From Lingula anatina (lineage: Eukaryota; Animalia; Brachiopoda): a stretch of DNA of 64,000 bases. Under the pieces are notes generated by a model. It was given only the letters and a program-made list of their open reading frames with translations. It was not told where the DNA came from and made no database searches. The stretch lies in contig CM120648.1 in the NCBI GenBank assembly GCA_051362555.1, forward strand, positions 2,085,721 to 2,149,720. The letters are read 5' to 3'. Position 1 is the stretch's first letter; each line of letters begins with the position of its first letter. Both the position numbers and the translations under genes were made by a program. Positions 52,375-64,000 of this stretch are shown piece after piece.

Positions 52375-55300
52375 CAGGGGGTGACCCTCTACTTGATGAT
52401 GTGGATATATTTCATAAATTATTTTCATGGAAATGGCATAAAGAGAAAACTAGATCCAAGTTGAGAAGGACAAAGAAGAAAAAAGTCAAGAAAAAAGGGT
52501 ACTTTTTAAAGGGTGTTTGATTTACCATTTGCCAGATATTATGTCTGTATACATTCAGATATATCACCTGTTTGTAACCTTAGCTTCCTTACTTTAGAAC
52601 TCTAAGGAAATGTGGAGGCCAAGTGGGGTCAGTCAAGGTCAGTCTGGGTCAGTCAAGGTCATTGTGGGTCAGGGTCACCAGTGGCAATAAGGAAAACATT
52701 TTGTTTTAAGGAAATGATGATTTTTATGTGTTGTAGTTTGGGGCAGGGTAGCCAACATAAAAACTTTCACAGCATAAAAAAAAATATGTTTACATCTTAT
52801 GTTTATGTTGTTAACAAAAAAAATAGTTGTCAAGAAAACAAAGAAAATCAGAATGCATAATCTGATAAAATTGGGTTTTCTCTGAAATGGCCTTGGGCCT
52901 TCCAAAAGATGCAAATTTTTTCCTACAATTTGTTGCCTCAGTTGTAAATGATGAATAGGCCCGTTTCCAATTTCCTAGCAGCTAGGGTTTGTCACTGTAC
53001 AAATATTTTTTAACTGTAGGAGGATATTTCTTAGCTTACCTGCCATTCTATAAATAGTCTTGTAAAGAAAAGTGGAAAGTTTGAGTCACCTTGGGTAATT
53101 TGTGGTAGATGTGAGAGTTAAACTTGAAATAGGATATGAAAGAGGATTTTTGTGATGCATGACTGAATTATGTTGAGGAAAGTTGTAATGATATATGAAG
53201 ATGATGTTTTTTTGAAGTGTATACCTTTTATTTAAGAAGATAGAAAGGGTAGATTTTCAGCTACAGGAGATAGAAGGTAATGTTATGTAGGTGGCATTTA
53301 CTTTCAACTGAAGATACTATCTGAAATACTTGTCCTTGGTCTTGAAAATGGAAAAAAATGATACACAGCACATTGAGTGACATTTATTTTTATAATTCTG
53401 AGAAGAATTATATCTAATTTCGGCACACTTCTCAAAAATAAAAAATAAAAAAAAGGAATGTTTGTATGTTGCTTTTTTAAAAATATTACCTTAAAATGTG
53501 CAAGGAAAATCTAAAAGTTCGCTTCAGTCTGATGGCAGCAGTCAGTTGACACTTAAATCTGTATGACATTGCCTGTGACATAGGTGCCATTTTATGTGCA
53601 TCATCATCATTTCTCATCTTAACACCTTGGATCACTCCCTCACATTTAACGCAAGCAGAGAAAGTGGTTTGGTCTCTTCACATCACTGCGAAGTATGAAT
53701 TAAACAGGTGCGGAGGATTATTTATGGGGAGAATATTTAGATATCATTTCCTTTACAGTTACATTGCAGTTGGTGTCACTGCCACATGGGGTCAGGGTAT
53801 AGATACGCATGTTTTGCTTCGAACAAATAGCTAATTTCTCACCTAATTTAAATAAAAACAGGAAAATTTGATTCAGAACTGATTTTTTAAAGTCCTTAAT
53901 TCTTATGCCAAGTGAGGTATGTTTGCATGATAGCTTTTAGAGAAACATTTCTGGATTTGTGCTGAGTAGATAAAAATGTGTATATGCTCTACAATATTCT
54001 GGTCATTGTTGATGAAGTTTGTGAAAAAGTTGTGAAATATGCTGTTTATCTCCCTTAATTAAAGTTTGTAAAAAATAGTGAAATTGCTGTATATCTTCTT
54101 TTGTTAAACTGAAAGCATTTTGCTAAAATTTTACATATTATTATTATTATTATGCTACCAGGAGCCCAAACAACCTTGAGTTGTGCTATCTTCATCCTCT
54201 TTAAATTTTTTTTTAATGTAATAATCATTCATTTTGTTATGAGAGTTAGTGCTCTTATCTGACTATATGGGAGTGCAGATATTCAAAAATAATCATTAAT
54301 GACTTGCATCCATAAAGTACTATGGAAAATGACACCATTTTGGTACTAGTACATAACTGTAATTCTATTGAATATTTATGGTTATGATTAGTTTCTAAAA
54401 ATATGTAGTGTTTTTTAAAATTTATATTTAATGCTTTCCTGTCTATAGGCAAGCATATCTAATATCTAATATAATTATCTAAAAGTTCAGAGAATACAGA
54501 GCCCCTATATATATGTGCATTCATATTAATGCACAATTTAATAATTGAAATGCATGTATCAGGAGAATTAGGTTGAGTAGAATTTCCATTGTGCTGCTTG
54601 GCATGTTGAAGTCGGACATTGGCAGCCATATTTTCCCTGTGGCGAACTCTTCCTTTTTGGTAATCTGCATGTGAAAGGGGCCACGGTGCGAGTGCAGCTC
54701 GCGCACCATTTACAACTAAGTTATGGCACACCATTATGGCTTCCCAAAGGATTAGGAGAAAAAAAAAAGACTGTGGACATTTATCAATTTTATTGAGCTA
54801 TGGTAATGGAGATCTAGATGTAAAACCCTTCGGGATTGGACGGTTTGTCCATCATTTCTCAATGGCTACCATCAAGCATGAAGAGGCAGTGTGAGGGTGG
54901 AGGAGTAACCTGGTGCTGTGCTGGGCTAACGTGGCACTTTGAGTTGAGAGGAGGAGAGGTGCAGCTACACGAGAGTCCCTCTGGCAGATGCTCAGTTGTT
55001 GCTTCTGTCCACATTGTGGAGGGCGTAGGGCTTTTTTTACGCTCCCCAAGGGCTCACTCTGTTGACAAAACGTGCCTGATTTTTAGGACTAATTTTGCTT
55101 TAGAAGAAGACAGTGAAGTGCAGTTACTAATGCACTAAAGTGTGAGCAGAAAGGACCAGGAGAAAGAGCAATTGCTCCTGTACACACCCTACCACGCCCA
55201 CAGGGAAGGAAGTGACCCCATGTGGCAGGCCCTGGTCTCAGCCGGCCCGGCCATGGTTTGGAGCCACACCCTACAGTGTGAACCAGGCCACTGCATTCAA

Positions 55301-58300
55301 ATAGCAACAAGAGCCGCCGCCGCCGCCTCCTTGCTATGGCTGACTGCTCTCTCAGGTCACCTTACCAAAAATAATCATGCACGCCCCCAGCATCCTGAAA
55401 AAGAGACACCTAGTAGCACAAAGACATTGGGGCCACGCTGACAAAGCCATAAGTATGAATGATAATTGTAATTTGTAACCCGGTTCTGGCCTGTTTCACT
55501 GGCGCACAATAAGGTACACCTCTCAGGGCTGTTTTTCATCATCATCATCAGGTTCATCACCATTATTATCATCCGGTATGTATGTATTTTAGAACACCCA
55601 CCCAAAAAGTGATCATAATCGGAATGCAGGGTTGAGTCATCCTTTATAAGTGTGTTGTGTGGAGTGTGTATATGCTGTAGCTACTAGTGCTCTAGTGCTG
55701 CCCTAGCTGGCGGCCCAGCCTACTTAAACTAACTGCTCTGTGTGCTTTAGCTTAGTAGTCGCCTTGTACACCTTGAGAGAGAGTGTGTCTCTGTATGTAT
55801 GTGTGAAGTACTCGATGGATTGACCTACTGGCATGGGACGTCTCTGGTCGTCGCCACGCTAGCAATACCTGGTCCTTGGTCCTGCTCACGTGGAGACGGC
55901 ATGAAAGACAGGAATCTGGGTAGAAAGTGACCCAATGGCAGCAGTCAGTCCTTAACACAGGGAGTTGCCGGGCTGGCTGTTAGCTGTGTTGTTAAGGGAT
56001 TTTTTTAAGGAGGGATTAACACACTATGACTAGAACCGTGAGTGTTAGCTACAGCTGGATGATGAGGTTGAAAAAATGGATAACTGCTTTTATTTTAGAA
56101 AGGAAAAGGTTTTTTTTTAAAGTCAACATGGTACTATTTAAGAGCTGAAGTACCACAGTGGATTTGAGTCAAGGGAACCGTTGATTTAACAAGACTGCAC
56201 AAAGTGGACAAGTTTTTTAAATTCTCTATTATTTTAAGGTAATGTAAGACTTTTGCCTTATCCTCCCCCAAGGTAAGAAGATGTTAAATTCAGGTTAGCA
56301 TTGTTAAGCTTTTTAAGCAGGTTCACAAGTAGAGAATTTTTTGGTAAGGCTAGTATGGTGTGACCTGACCTGAATCAGTTAGCCAGCTAGAGCAGGGGAG
56401 ACTAGGGACTAAAGACTGTCTTTGTTTTCTGTAGCAAGAGGGGCTGAATTAAGTTGGAGAAAAAACTAACTGTGGTGGATAAAATAATATGGTCTTGAAT
56501 TTAGGCAGATTATGTGTCGAGATTGAACTAGAAGGTATAGGCAAGTAGTGCTCTGTGAATCCTTTTTTAAAATTATTTTAGTGCCTGCTGTCTTGTTTTA
56601 CCTAATGTGAGTTAACAAGATATATGCCATATGAAGCTGCTTGTTTTTTATATCTTTGATGCAGTTTAAAGTGTATAGTTAAATAATCTTCAAGAAAAAA
56701 AAGCCTCCATATTCTATGGTGAGGTAGTAGGGAATTTTGAGGTATAAAGTTTCTTTTTCCTTGACAGTGTGCTAATTCATAATATTGATACAGGATATCT
56801 GAGAAGAGTTATTATTCAGTGGAATTGTCTGTTGGACATATCGGGTGGGTAATAGAGATGCCCTTTCTTTGCTCTCTAGTCCAGGATCTTTTTTAATGGC
56901 AAACCTTTCTAACCTTCTCACTTTTTTGTAAGTGTTCTTACAGATTTGCTAACTGCTAGTAAGAGCTAAACCCATTTCTTCTGCACTCTTGTATTTTCTT
57001 TTAATTGTAGAAAAAGTATATAGGTTTTTTTGTGAATATTTGTGCTTAGGAAAAAAATATTTAGCAAATAAACTCAAAGTTATGGTCATTGTGATAATTT
57101 TTTGCCAGGAGGAATGATGGATAGTAAATATTTCAGGCAATTGATAAAAAATCCATCTTAGTAGGATGAAATATGAACCATAAGCTCAAGTACTCGGGGT
57201 TGTAGTTTTTAGGTTCTTGATATAAAATTATGTCTGGTAGTTTAAGAGTGAAAAAAAAATGAACTTTTGGTTCAGGTGCTCTGAGGGCAAGCTACACTTC
57301 CACTAATGACTTAGGCCTTTATGATGGATTGCCTGACAGGCAGTGGATATAGCCGCGCCATGTGTTTTATGAAATGAAAAATATTGGCGCATTGGTTGTA
57401 ACATAAAATCTATAGGGAGTAGGTGAAGACTTATGGCTCTTATTACAGTTGTGATTTTTTAGCAGAAAATTAATTCGTCATGTAAAAGTTAGTAGAGAAG
57501 GTGAGTCAGAGCTCTCATAATTTCCCCTCCCCTGTCTCATATAAAAAAGGGAAAAAAGATGGAGGCAGGTATGTGCTTCAGCATTTTAACTAGGAGATAA
57601 AGAGAATTGTCAGATGTATTCTTGGAGAAGGAAGTTGCCTGTTTGTTTTCAACTTTTATTTTTTCTTTTGTGAAGATTGTGAAAAATTGTTTGGCCTATA
57701 TTGAAACAATCCATTTTAGTCAAATATTAAGTCTGTCAGGAGGAGATAAATCTTCCATAAATTGTGCCTTTAGCTCAGCAGATCCTTTCACTTCCAATAT
57801 GTGTATAAATCTCTCTCAAGTGCTGCTTCCATCTTTGCCATGGACTCCCCGAGTCATTATTTTCATCTGATGCTCGCTGGCAGAAGATCAGGGTGAAGTC
57901 TGCGTTCTCATGGGCCAGGTTACCTGAGATAAGCACTGTAGCAAAATGGTGGATCAGTTTACAAAGATGGCCACAGCTTGGCCCTAGGACTTCATTGCGT
58001 TGTTCATGGCCACAGAAAGGTTAACTCCTGAATTGTGTCAGCAGGGTCAGCTTGCCAAATAGCCCCAAAGGGTTACTGGGACCCCCGGCTTGATGCTCTG
58101 TGTGTTTAAGTAATCATAGTTGTTTTTAGACAACACCATTTTTTTTGTTGTTGTTGTCATCTAATTGGGAAGGTTAGCTCTTAGTTTTAAATTAGAAACT
58201 GTTAGATGATTTGTCTGCAGTATATTGTCAGTGAAACTATTTCTGCTCCTTTTGTTGAGGCCATGTGGTTCTTAGTGAAGACATTCTTTAGAGTTACAGG

Positions 58301-58646
58301 CGTAAGATATCATGTGTATCTTTTTTCATTTTCTTTTTTTTCCCCTCTTGGTTGGTAAAATGTTTCACGTGTAAAACTCTAGATAGTAAATGTGCATTTG
58401 TAAATAATTATAAACACTGTGCATGATATTTTAGGTAGATGTGTGTGTGTGTAGACCCAAGGAAGGATTTGTTAAGCATATGTTTGTTTTATGTATACTA
58501 ATGTTTGTTTTGAAACACTGATGTTTAATGTGAACTGATCATGCTATTATTTAACACAACAACAACAAGGAAAAACGTTAGTTTAATAACAAAGCTTCTG
58601 TTTGCTGAGGGGTGTATGGAGCTTTTGAATGTGACATTTAGATTGC

Positions 58647-58678
<32 letters not shown>

Positions 58679-58785
58679 GTGATTTTTAAAGTCATTTTGG
58701 AACTGTTTCCCGTGGACAAAATGTACTGCTTGTAAAACAACTTATCAACCGTCCAAACCAACAATCAACCCGCTTTGAGTGTAAC

Positions 58786-58864
58786 CCACGGCTACTGCTA
58801 CTACCAGTGTAACCATGGTAACAAAAACCACGGCTACTGCTACTACCAGTGTAACCATGGTAAC
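58786..58864. repeat. 42-bp tandem duplication containing an X-box
   Basis: CCACGGCTACTGCTACTACCAGTGTAACCATGGTAAC occurs twice, 42 bp apart. Confidence 0.92.
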
Positions 58865-61800
58865 ATAACCAAGTAGCCACAATTCTTGTTGGGGAAACCG
58901 TTTCACTTCAAAGGAGGCCAGCAACAAAAATTGTGGAAAATTTCTAAGCACCTATAAGAAATGCTCCGAGCGAAGAAAAAGCCTTGAAAAAACTTTTCCT
59001 TCGGTAAGAGAGGCAATTGTAATCAGAGATTTTTGGATTCTGAAGGCATCTTACGTGACAGCATTAGATTTCAATGACAAAATTCTAATACTGTCAGGTA
59101 AAGATGTCAGCAGAGTTCTGTTACGACATGGCAGCCATCTTGAATACAACTTCGAAGATGTCAGCCAGGATGACGACCGACCGTATCCCAGGAAAGGTAT
59201 GACGTTGCGAAACTATGCCAAGAATGCAGTCTGTGACATAAATGGGATTTCCGTGGCAACAGATGGGAACATTGAGCAGTTACCATGGCAACGTCAACAA
59301 CAGTGGAGAGGAATTGGTTTTTGGAGTCCGTAATGTGCGTGGCAATGGTTCTTCCCCCTGCTGGTTTTCACATCCCAAGTGTCAGACCTGCGGCATTAAA
59401 ATGAAAAAGTAATGGTGCATATGGCGCAGTAAAAAGGGAGCAAATGCCCAACCTGACAGGCTTGGACATCTCCAACCAACTGTGCCGAATATATTTCCCC
59501 ACATCGTGCAAGTGTGAATGCATAATGTAGCAATCGGTGGAAATTTACGGCCCGTTGCTGTCTGTGGTCTGCTTTTGCATTCAGTGCACTGGCCTCCGGC
59601 ATCAAAGAGCCTCGAGGGCTCCCGGCTGATTGATTTCAAGCTGAATGGCCATAACCTGGACCATAGATAATCCTCCTCTCTGCCCTCCTCGCCGCCACTG
59701 CTATATTTGTGCTCTGAAGCATTTGTGTTGCGGGAAAGGACGTTTATGTGGTTAACCAGAGGAAGAGTTTTCTATTTCATTGATAGATTTGTGTGCTGTG
59801 GTTTCTTACTGTTCCCTCCATGATCTGTTTACAAAGAGTGATATTGGTAAACGGGCCCCCATGGTGCTTCACCACCTACCAGAGGATCTGTTTCTATCAG
59901 AGTTCATCGACTCTTTTCCACCGTGTCAAAAACTGCACATTTTTTAAAATGTGCATAAACATTTTAAGTGTGGGACCAGCATTTATGTAGTGAAATATTA
60001 AATAATTGTGTACAATAATGGGCTGCAAGAGAGATGGAAAAAAAGAGAGAGAGAGAATATGTTAAATTGTGTCAAATTCATGACATTCGTACATATGCAT
60101 ATTAACTTTTGCTTCATACTTGTATTGGCTTCGTAATTTACAGCCTTGTTCTGTTTTTTCCTGCACTTTTAATCTGCAGTGCATAAATTTCCCAATGGAG
60201 CAGTTACACGTTGTCGGTCTCCATGTGCATGCATCTTGCTTATTAGTTCATTGGGGTTAGGCAGGTTAGGTGCTTCTCTATAAGTCCATGTTACACTGGG
60301 AGTGGGGAGTCAGACAAGTTTGCTATAAATGATGTAGCACATTATGGTCAGAAATAATGCCACAATATACATGGGAGAGTAATACTGAAAAACAAAAAAA
60401 CAAAAAAAAAAAAACTGAAAGATGCTCTTACTAGTAGGTAGAATACACATCAGTGTATATACAATTCCAGGGCAGCCTAGCCAGGAAACATTACTCTACC
60501 TGTAGCAGTAAAGACATGGCTGCCCTTGTAATATCAAGTTGGGACCCCGAGGGAGCAATTCTGTTTCATATTCACTCCTGAAGCAATTAGTCAAGATGAA
60601 GTTAACATGTAAACCATTAAAATAATGCGTGTAGTTTTCTAGCATGTCTGTAGTTGTGTGACCTAACCTGGCACGACCCCTTCAGCTGACTACGATTAGC
60701 TCACCACTGGGCACCAAGCTGATCATATGTGATTTTCCCCAGGTATATTGGCTATAGGCGGGATAACAGAGAGGTTAGATAGAACACCTGTGGTTAGACA
60801 CTATGATACATTGTCTAATGTATTAGTACATATTAAATTAGGGCTCTTGCCCAATAAAACTATCGGTCAACATAGATTGATCCTTGCTGAATGCAACCAG
60901 ATTAACGATTACACGCCTACTTTTGTTTCCAACGTTCTACTGTAATCACCAGATTTTCTGTTTTCTACACAGAGCGGAGAGGAGTTGTGTTAATCTGACT
61001 GTGTACAGCGCGAGTCCCTGAGGAGTTGGATTGCTCTATGTAGTCTGTTTGTTTTGTTTTTTTTTGAGAATGAGCCCTTAGTCTGTTACGATTGTATTTC
61101 TACTGATAGATAACCTGACCTTACCCCATGAGACTTTTATATCTGTTACAAAGTTGGTGGGTGGGCAACAGAAAGAATAGATTTGCCACCTTTGGTGGTT
61201 TAATCGTAAACACAATGTGACAAATGACTGAAGTGTGTAATACTAAGTAAGGCAGGCCAATATTAACTAGAAACACTTCTTGAATCTCCAGTTAGAATAA
61301 GATTGGGAATTGCACCTGTCTTGGAGGAGGCTAGATGGATGCATTCCACCTGTTTAGTGCTTAGTACTTGATGTAGGAACAAATGGGCGGTGGCAGTCCT
61401 GGAGGTGAACTTGAACATGATGTAAAGGGAGGGTGCGGCAGCCATCTTGGTCAAGTTGTTTCCAGAATTCTGCTGAATAATTTTTCCAGCGAACATTGTT
61501 GGGCAGGATACATGTTAGGATATTAGAATTGTACTGTTTATTATTTTTTTCTATTTCTTCCATGGATATTATGAATTGATGAAGACATTTCGCTGTAGCA
61601 GGATGCATAGCAACAAAATTTGCAGCACTTAATAGAAAATAATGAGTTTCTTCCTTGTAGAGTTGTGACAAATATTATATATTGGTGAAGAAAATTGATG
61701 CTCTCATGTTTTATGAGGTACTTTGACTATGACATTTCCCTGTAAGCCTTCAAGTAGCCAGCAGCCCATGTGCTGGAATGTATAATAGACTTGTATTAAG

Positions 61801-63150
61801 CGACTTGTGCTAACGCTGAAAAAACAGGTTTTGCGACTTGTAATGTGCACCTATTGCGGAGTTTAGGCGGGAAATGTAGAGTGTGGGTTTGCACGGGAGG
61901 GCCAAGGTGTTTTCGTAATCGGTTTGATAGCCAGTTAATTAGTCAATTATGTTGTGAGTCAGCCTCAGTTTTAGATTATCAGAAAATTTGTTAGATGACC
62001 AGGTAATTAGTCAGTTTGTCAGCTAGTCAACCATGTTATCCTTGCAGACATTGGTCAGAATTTTCTTTTTTTGTCATCCGTAGTATATGATTTCATATTT
62101 TTTGCTGTAAAATGACATAGGAAAGAAATTAAGGTCATGATATATAGAAGTTTAGTCATATGACATGAATTAATAATTAAAACGGGCCTGTAGCTTGGCA
62201 TCTTTCCATCATAGCAAGAGATGGGTTGTATATCAATTATTCACCAATTTGAATATCAGATTGGGCCACGGACACTTCTGCAGATGGGGGTTTTGTCCCA
62301 GCAACCTACCAAGGCTTTCCTTTATTGCTTCGCTTATTGATATGAAACCAGAGTGCGGAAAGGCATTAGGGCTGGACTTATAGTCGATTAATACATGTAC
62401 TAGTATGCTGCAGGGCTACTGGCCCCTGGCTTGATGAGTTTCATTATCATGGGTCAGGGAAAAGCTGGCTGCTTTTACTAAATTGATCTGTGTCTCTTGT
62501 TGTTCTACACGTAAGTGCAATTTAAAACAAGGAACACCAGGCATCGCAGGTGACAGGCCCGCGGTGTTTATGGTCATTATGGGATATCTGGCAATATATG
62601 AGTAAATGAGATTTTGTGTGTGTGTGTGTGTAAATTATAATTTCTTTTAGTCATCTTTATCTAAATAAAAGACATAAGAATGGTCTTCTTTTCTTAGAAA
62701 AGAAATATTTTGATAAGCAAGAAGAAAGTTGATATAATTGTACAAAAAGGGTATTTCTTTGGGATGCAGTAATATGTCAGCAAACCCATCTTCCAGTGAG
62801 TAAGAGCCCTTCATTCTCAAGTCTGTGAACTATATATTAACTTCAGTTAGTAATCTGTAAAATATTTTCATTGCTGCATACATATCCATAAAGAGCCAAG
62901 AAGGAGAAATGAAAAGAAAAAAAACATGCCATCCATTGCCTTCATACTGAAAACCCATGCAGTTTTACGATGATTTAACGTTCATATTGTTCAGGAATAA
63001 CTGCAAGAGTGCATACCCCGCAGTTAGCAGAGCAAACGGATATGAACATGATCCATGATGCGGGCGCCTTTGGCTACATTGTATCTAGTTTACTGCAGCA
63101 TGTACTCCACCATCTATAAGACCAAGAACCCAGCCCCATGGCTGTCTGAT

Positions 63151-63365
63151 TGTTAACAGCCGAAGTGGGTATTTATGGCTGTTGTAGAAATTATACCTGT
63201 TGAAAAGGAGAACAGATATCGTCATTATTATCCATTATACAAGTTCCATGTTGTAAAGTAGTGGAGAACACAGGTATAGCCAATAGTTCTAAGCAAGCTG
63301 TGACCCTTGTGTTAACAGCCTAGGTGTGCATTTATGGCCGTTAAAGAAATTATACCTGTTGGAAA
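63151..63365. repeat. Diverged ~55-bp direct repeat, 159 bp apart
   Basis: TGTTAACAGCC...ATTTATGGC.GTT..AGAAATTATACCTGTTG at 63151 and 63310. Confidence 0.75.
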
Positions 63366-64000
63366 GACGGACATAAAGGAAGATGGATGAGCGTCGTTGG
63401 TTTCACACTCTGCTTGGTGCTCAGGGATGCAGAAACCAAGAACTGGTGATTGTGTGGCCGCATTCACATTGGGTCAGGTGCGGAACGGTTCTTTGTGGGT
63501 TTTGGAGAGTTTGGTACATTGGGGTAATAAGGTTTACTTTGGGTGATATTTTGTGGTCATGGTTCCATTCTCTGCCAAGTTCTAGGCTGGTTTTGGACTG
63601 GTTGGTACTCAGGGATGTAGCAACTGAAAACAGTGTTGTTGTAAACAGTTCTGGTTGTTGAACAGTTTTCAAGAGATTGGTACTTGGGGATAAGGAAGCT
63701 AGCTTGCTTGCTTTGGGTTTCCATCTTCTGCCAACTTGAGAGTTGCTCTGAGCTGGTAAAGAATCAGTTAGGACACATGGACTTGGCAACTCATTGCCAG
63801 CAGCTTATATGAATATACAGAAAGTTTCTGGACTAGTTCCGAGTCTGGAGCATGCCTCAGTTCTCTAGGCAAAAAAAAAAAAAGAGAATCAGTTTTTACT
63901 GGTCCAGGAAGATGACCAACTGCCCTTAGGTCAACAAGCCAATGGTTCCGCCTGTATCACTGCCTTAAAGAGACATGCTATCTGAGGTCATCAGTTCACT

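Noticed and set aside
59055-59333. 92-aa ORF in the X-box island
   Set aside because: GTG start, no recognisable homology and no convincing splice boundaries; better explained as regulatory DNA.
21300-63400. Dozens of 60-127 aa ORFs in the supplied track
   Set aside because: Low-complexity F/L/K/I-rich translations of AT-rich non-coding DNA, many with non-ATG starts; no recognisable domains and no consistent splice phase.
1-64000. tRNA, rRNA, snRNA or miRNA genes
   Set aside because: No intact cloverleaf, rRNA-like segment or convincing precursor hairpin seen by eye; a covariance-model search would be needed to exclude small ncRNAs.

Overview
AT-rich, intron-rich animal genomic DNA (invertebrate-like, plausibly molluscan; the taxon cannot be fixed from sequence alone), not prokaryotic. 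Bases 1-17,662 (- strand) hold the 5' part of a nephrocystin-4 (NPHP4) gene. About 20 GT-AG exons can be joined in a consistent reading frame, and the gene runs off the left edge. It shares a ~330-bp bidirectional promoter with a complete 4-exon PIGP gene (+ strand, 127 aa). A third, unidentified gene starts at ~20.7-21.2 kb (+) with one 63-codon exon. It is followed by more than 42 kb with no recognisable coding exon but several promoter- or enhancer-like islands, minisatellites and candidate alternative first exons. Most notable observations: (1) a second, divergent, in-frame alternative first coding exon of NPHP4 inside intron 1, with a spliceable 5'-UTR chain; (2) a tandem triplication of one NPHP4 splice acceptor that creates decoy acceptors leading to premature stops; (3) frame-neutral cassette and micro-exons in the NPHP4 linker; (4) a cluster of RFX X-boxes partly generated by a tandem duplication; (5) strong over-representation of the palindrome TACTAGTA, resembling TA-transposon excision footprints. 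Most ORFs in the supplied track are noise.
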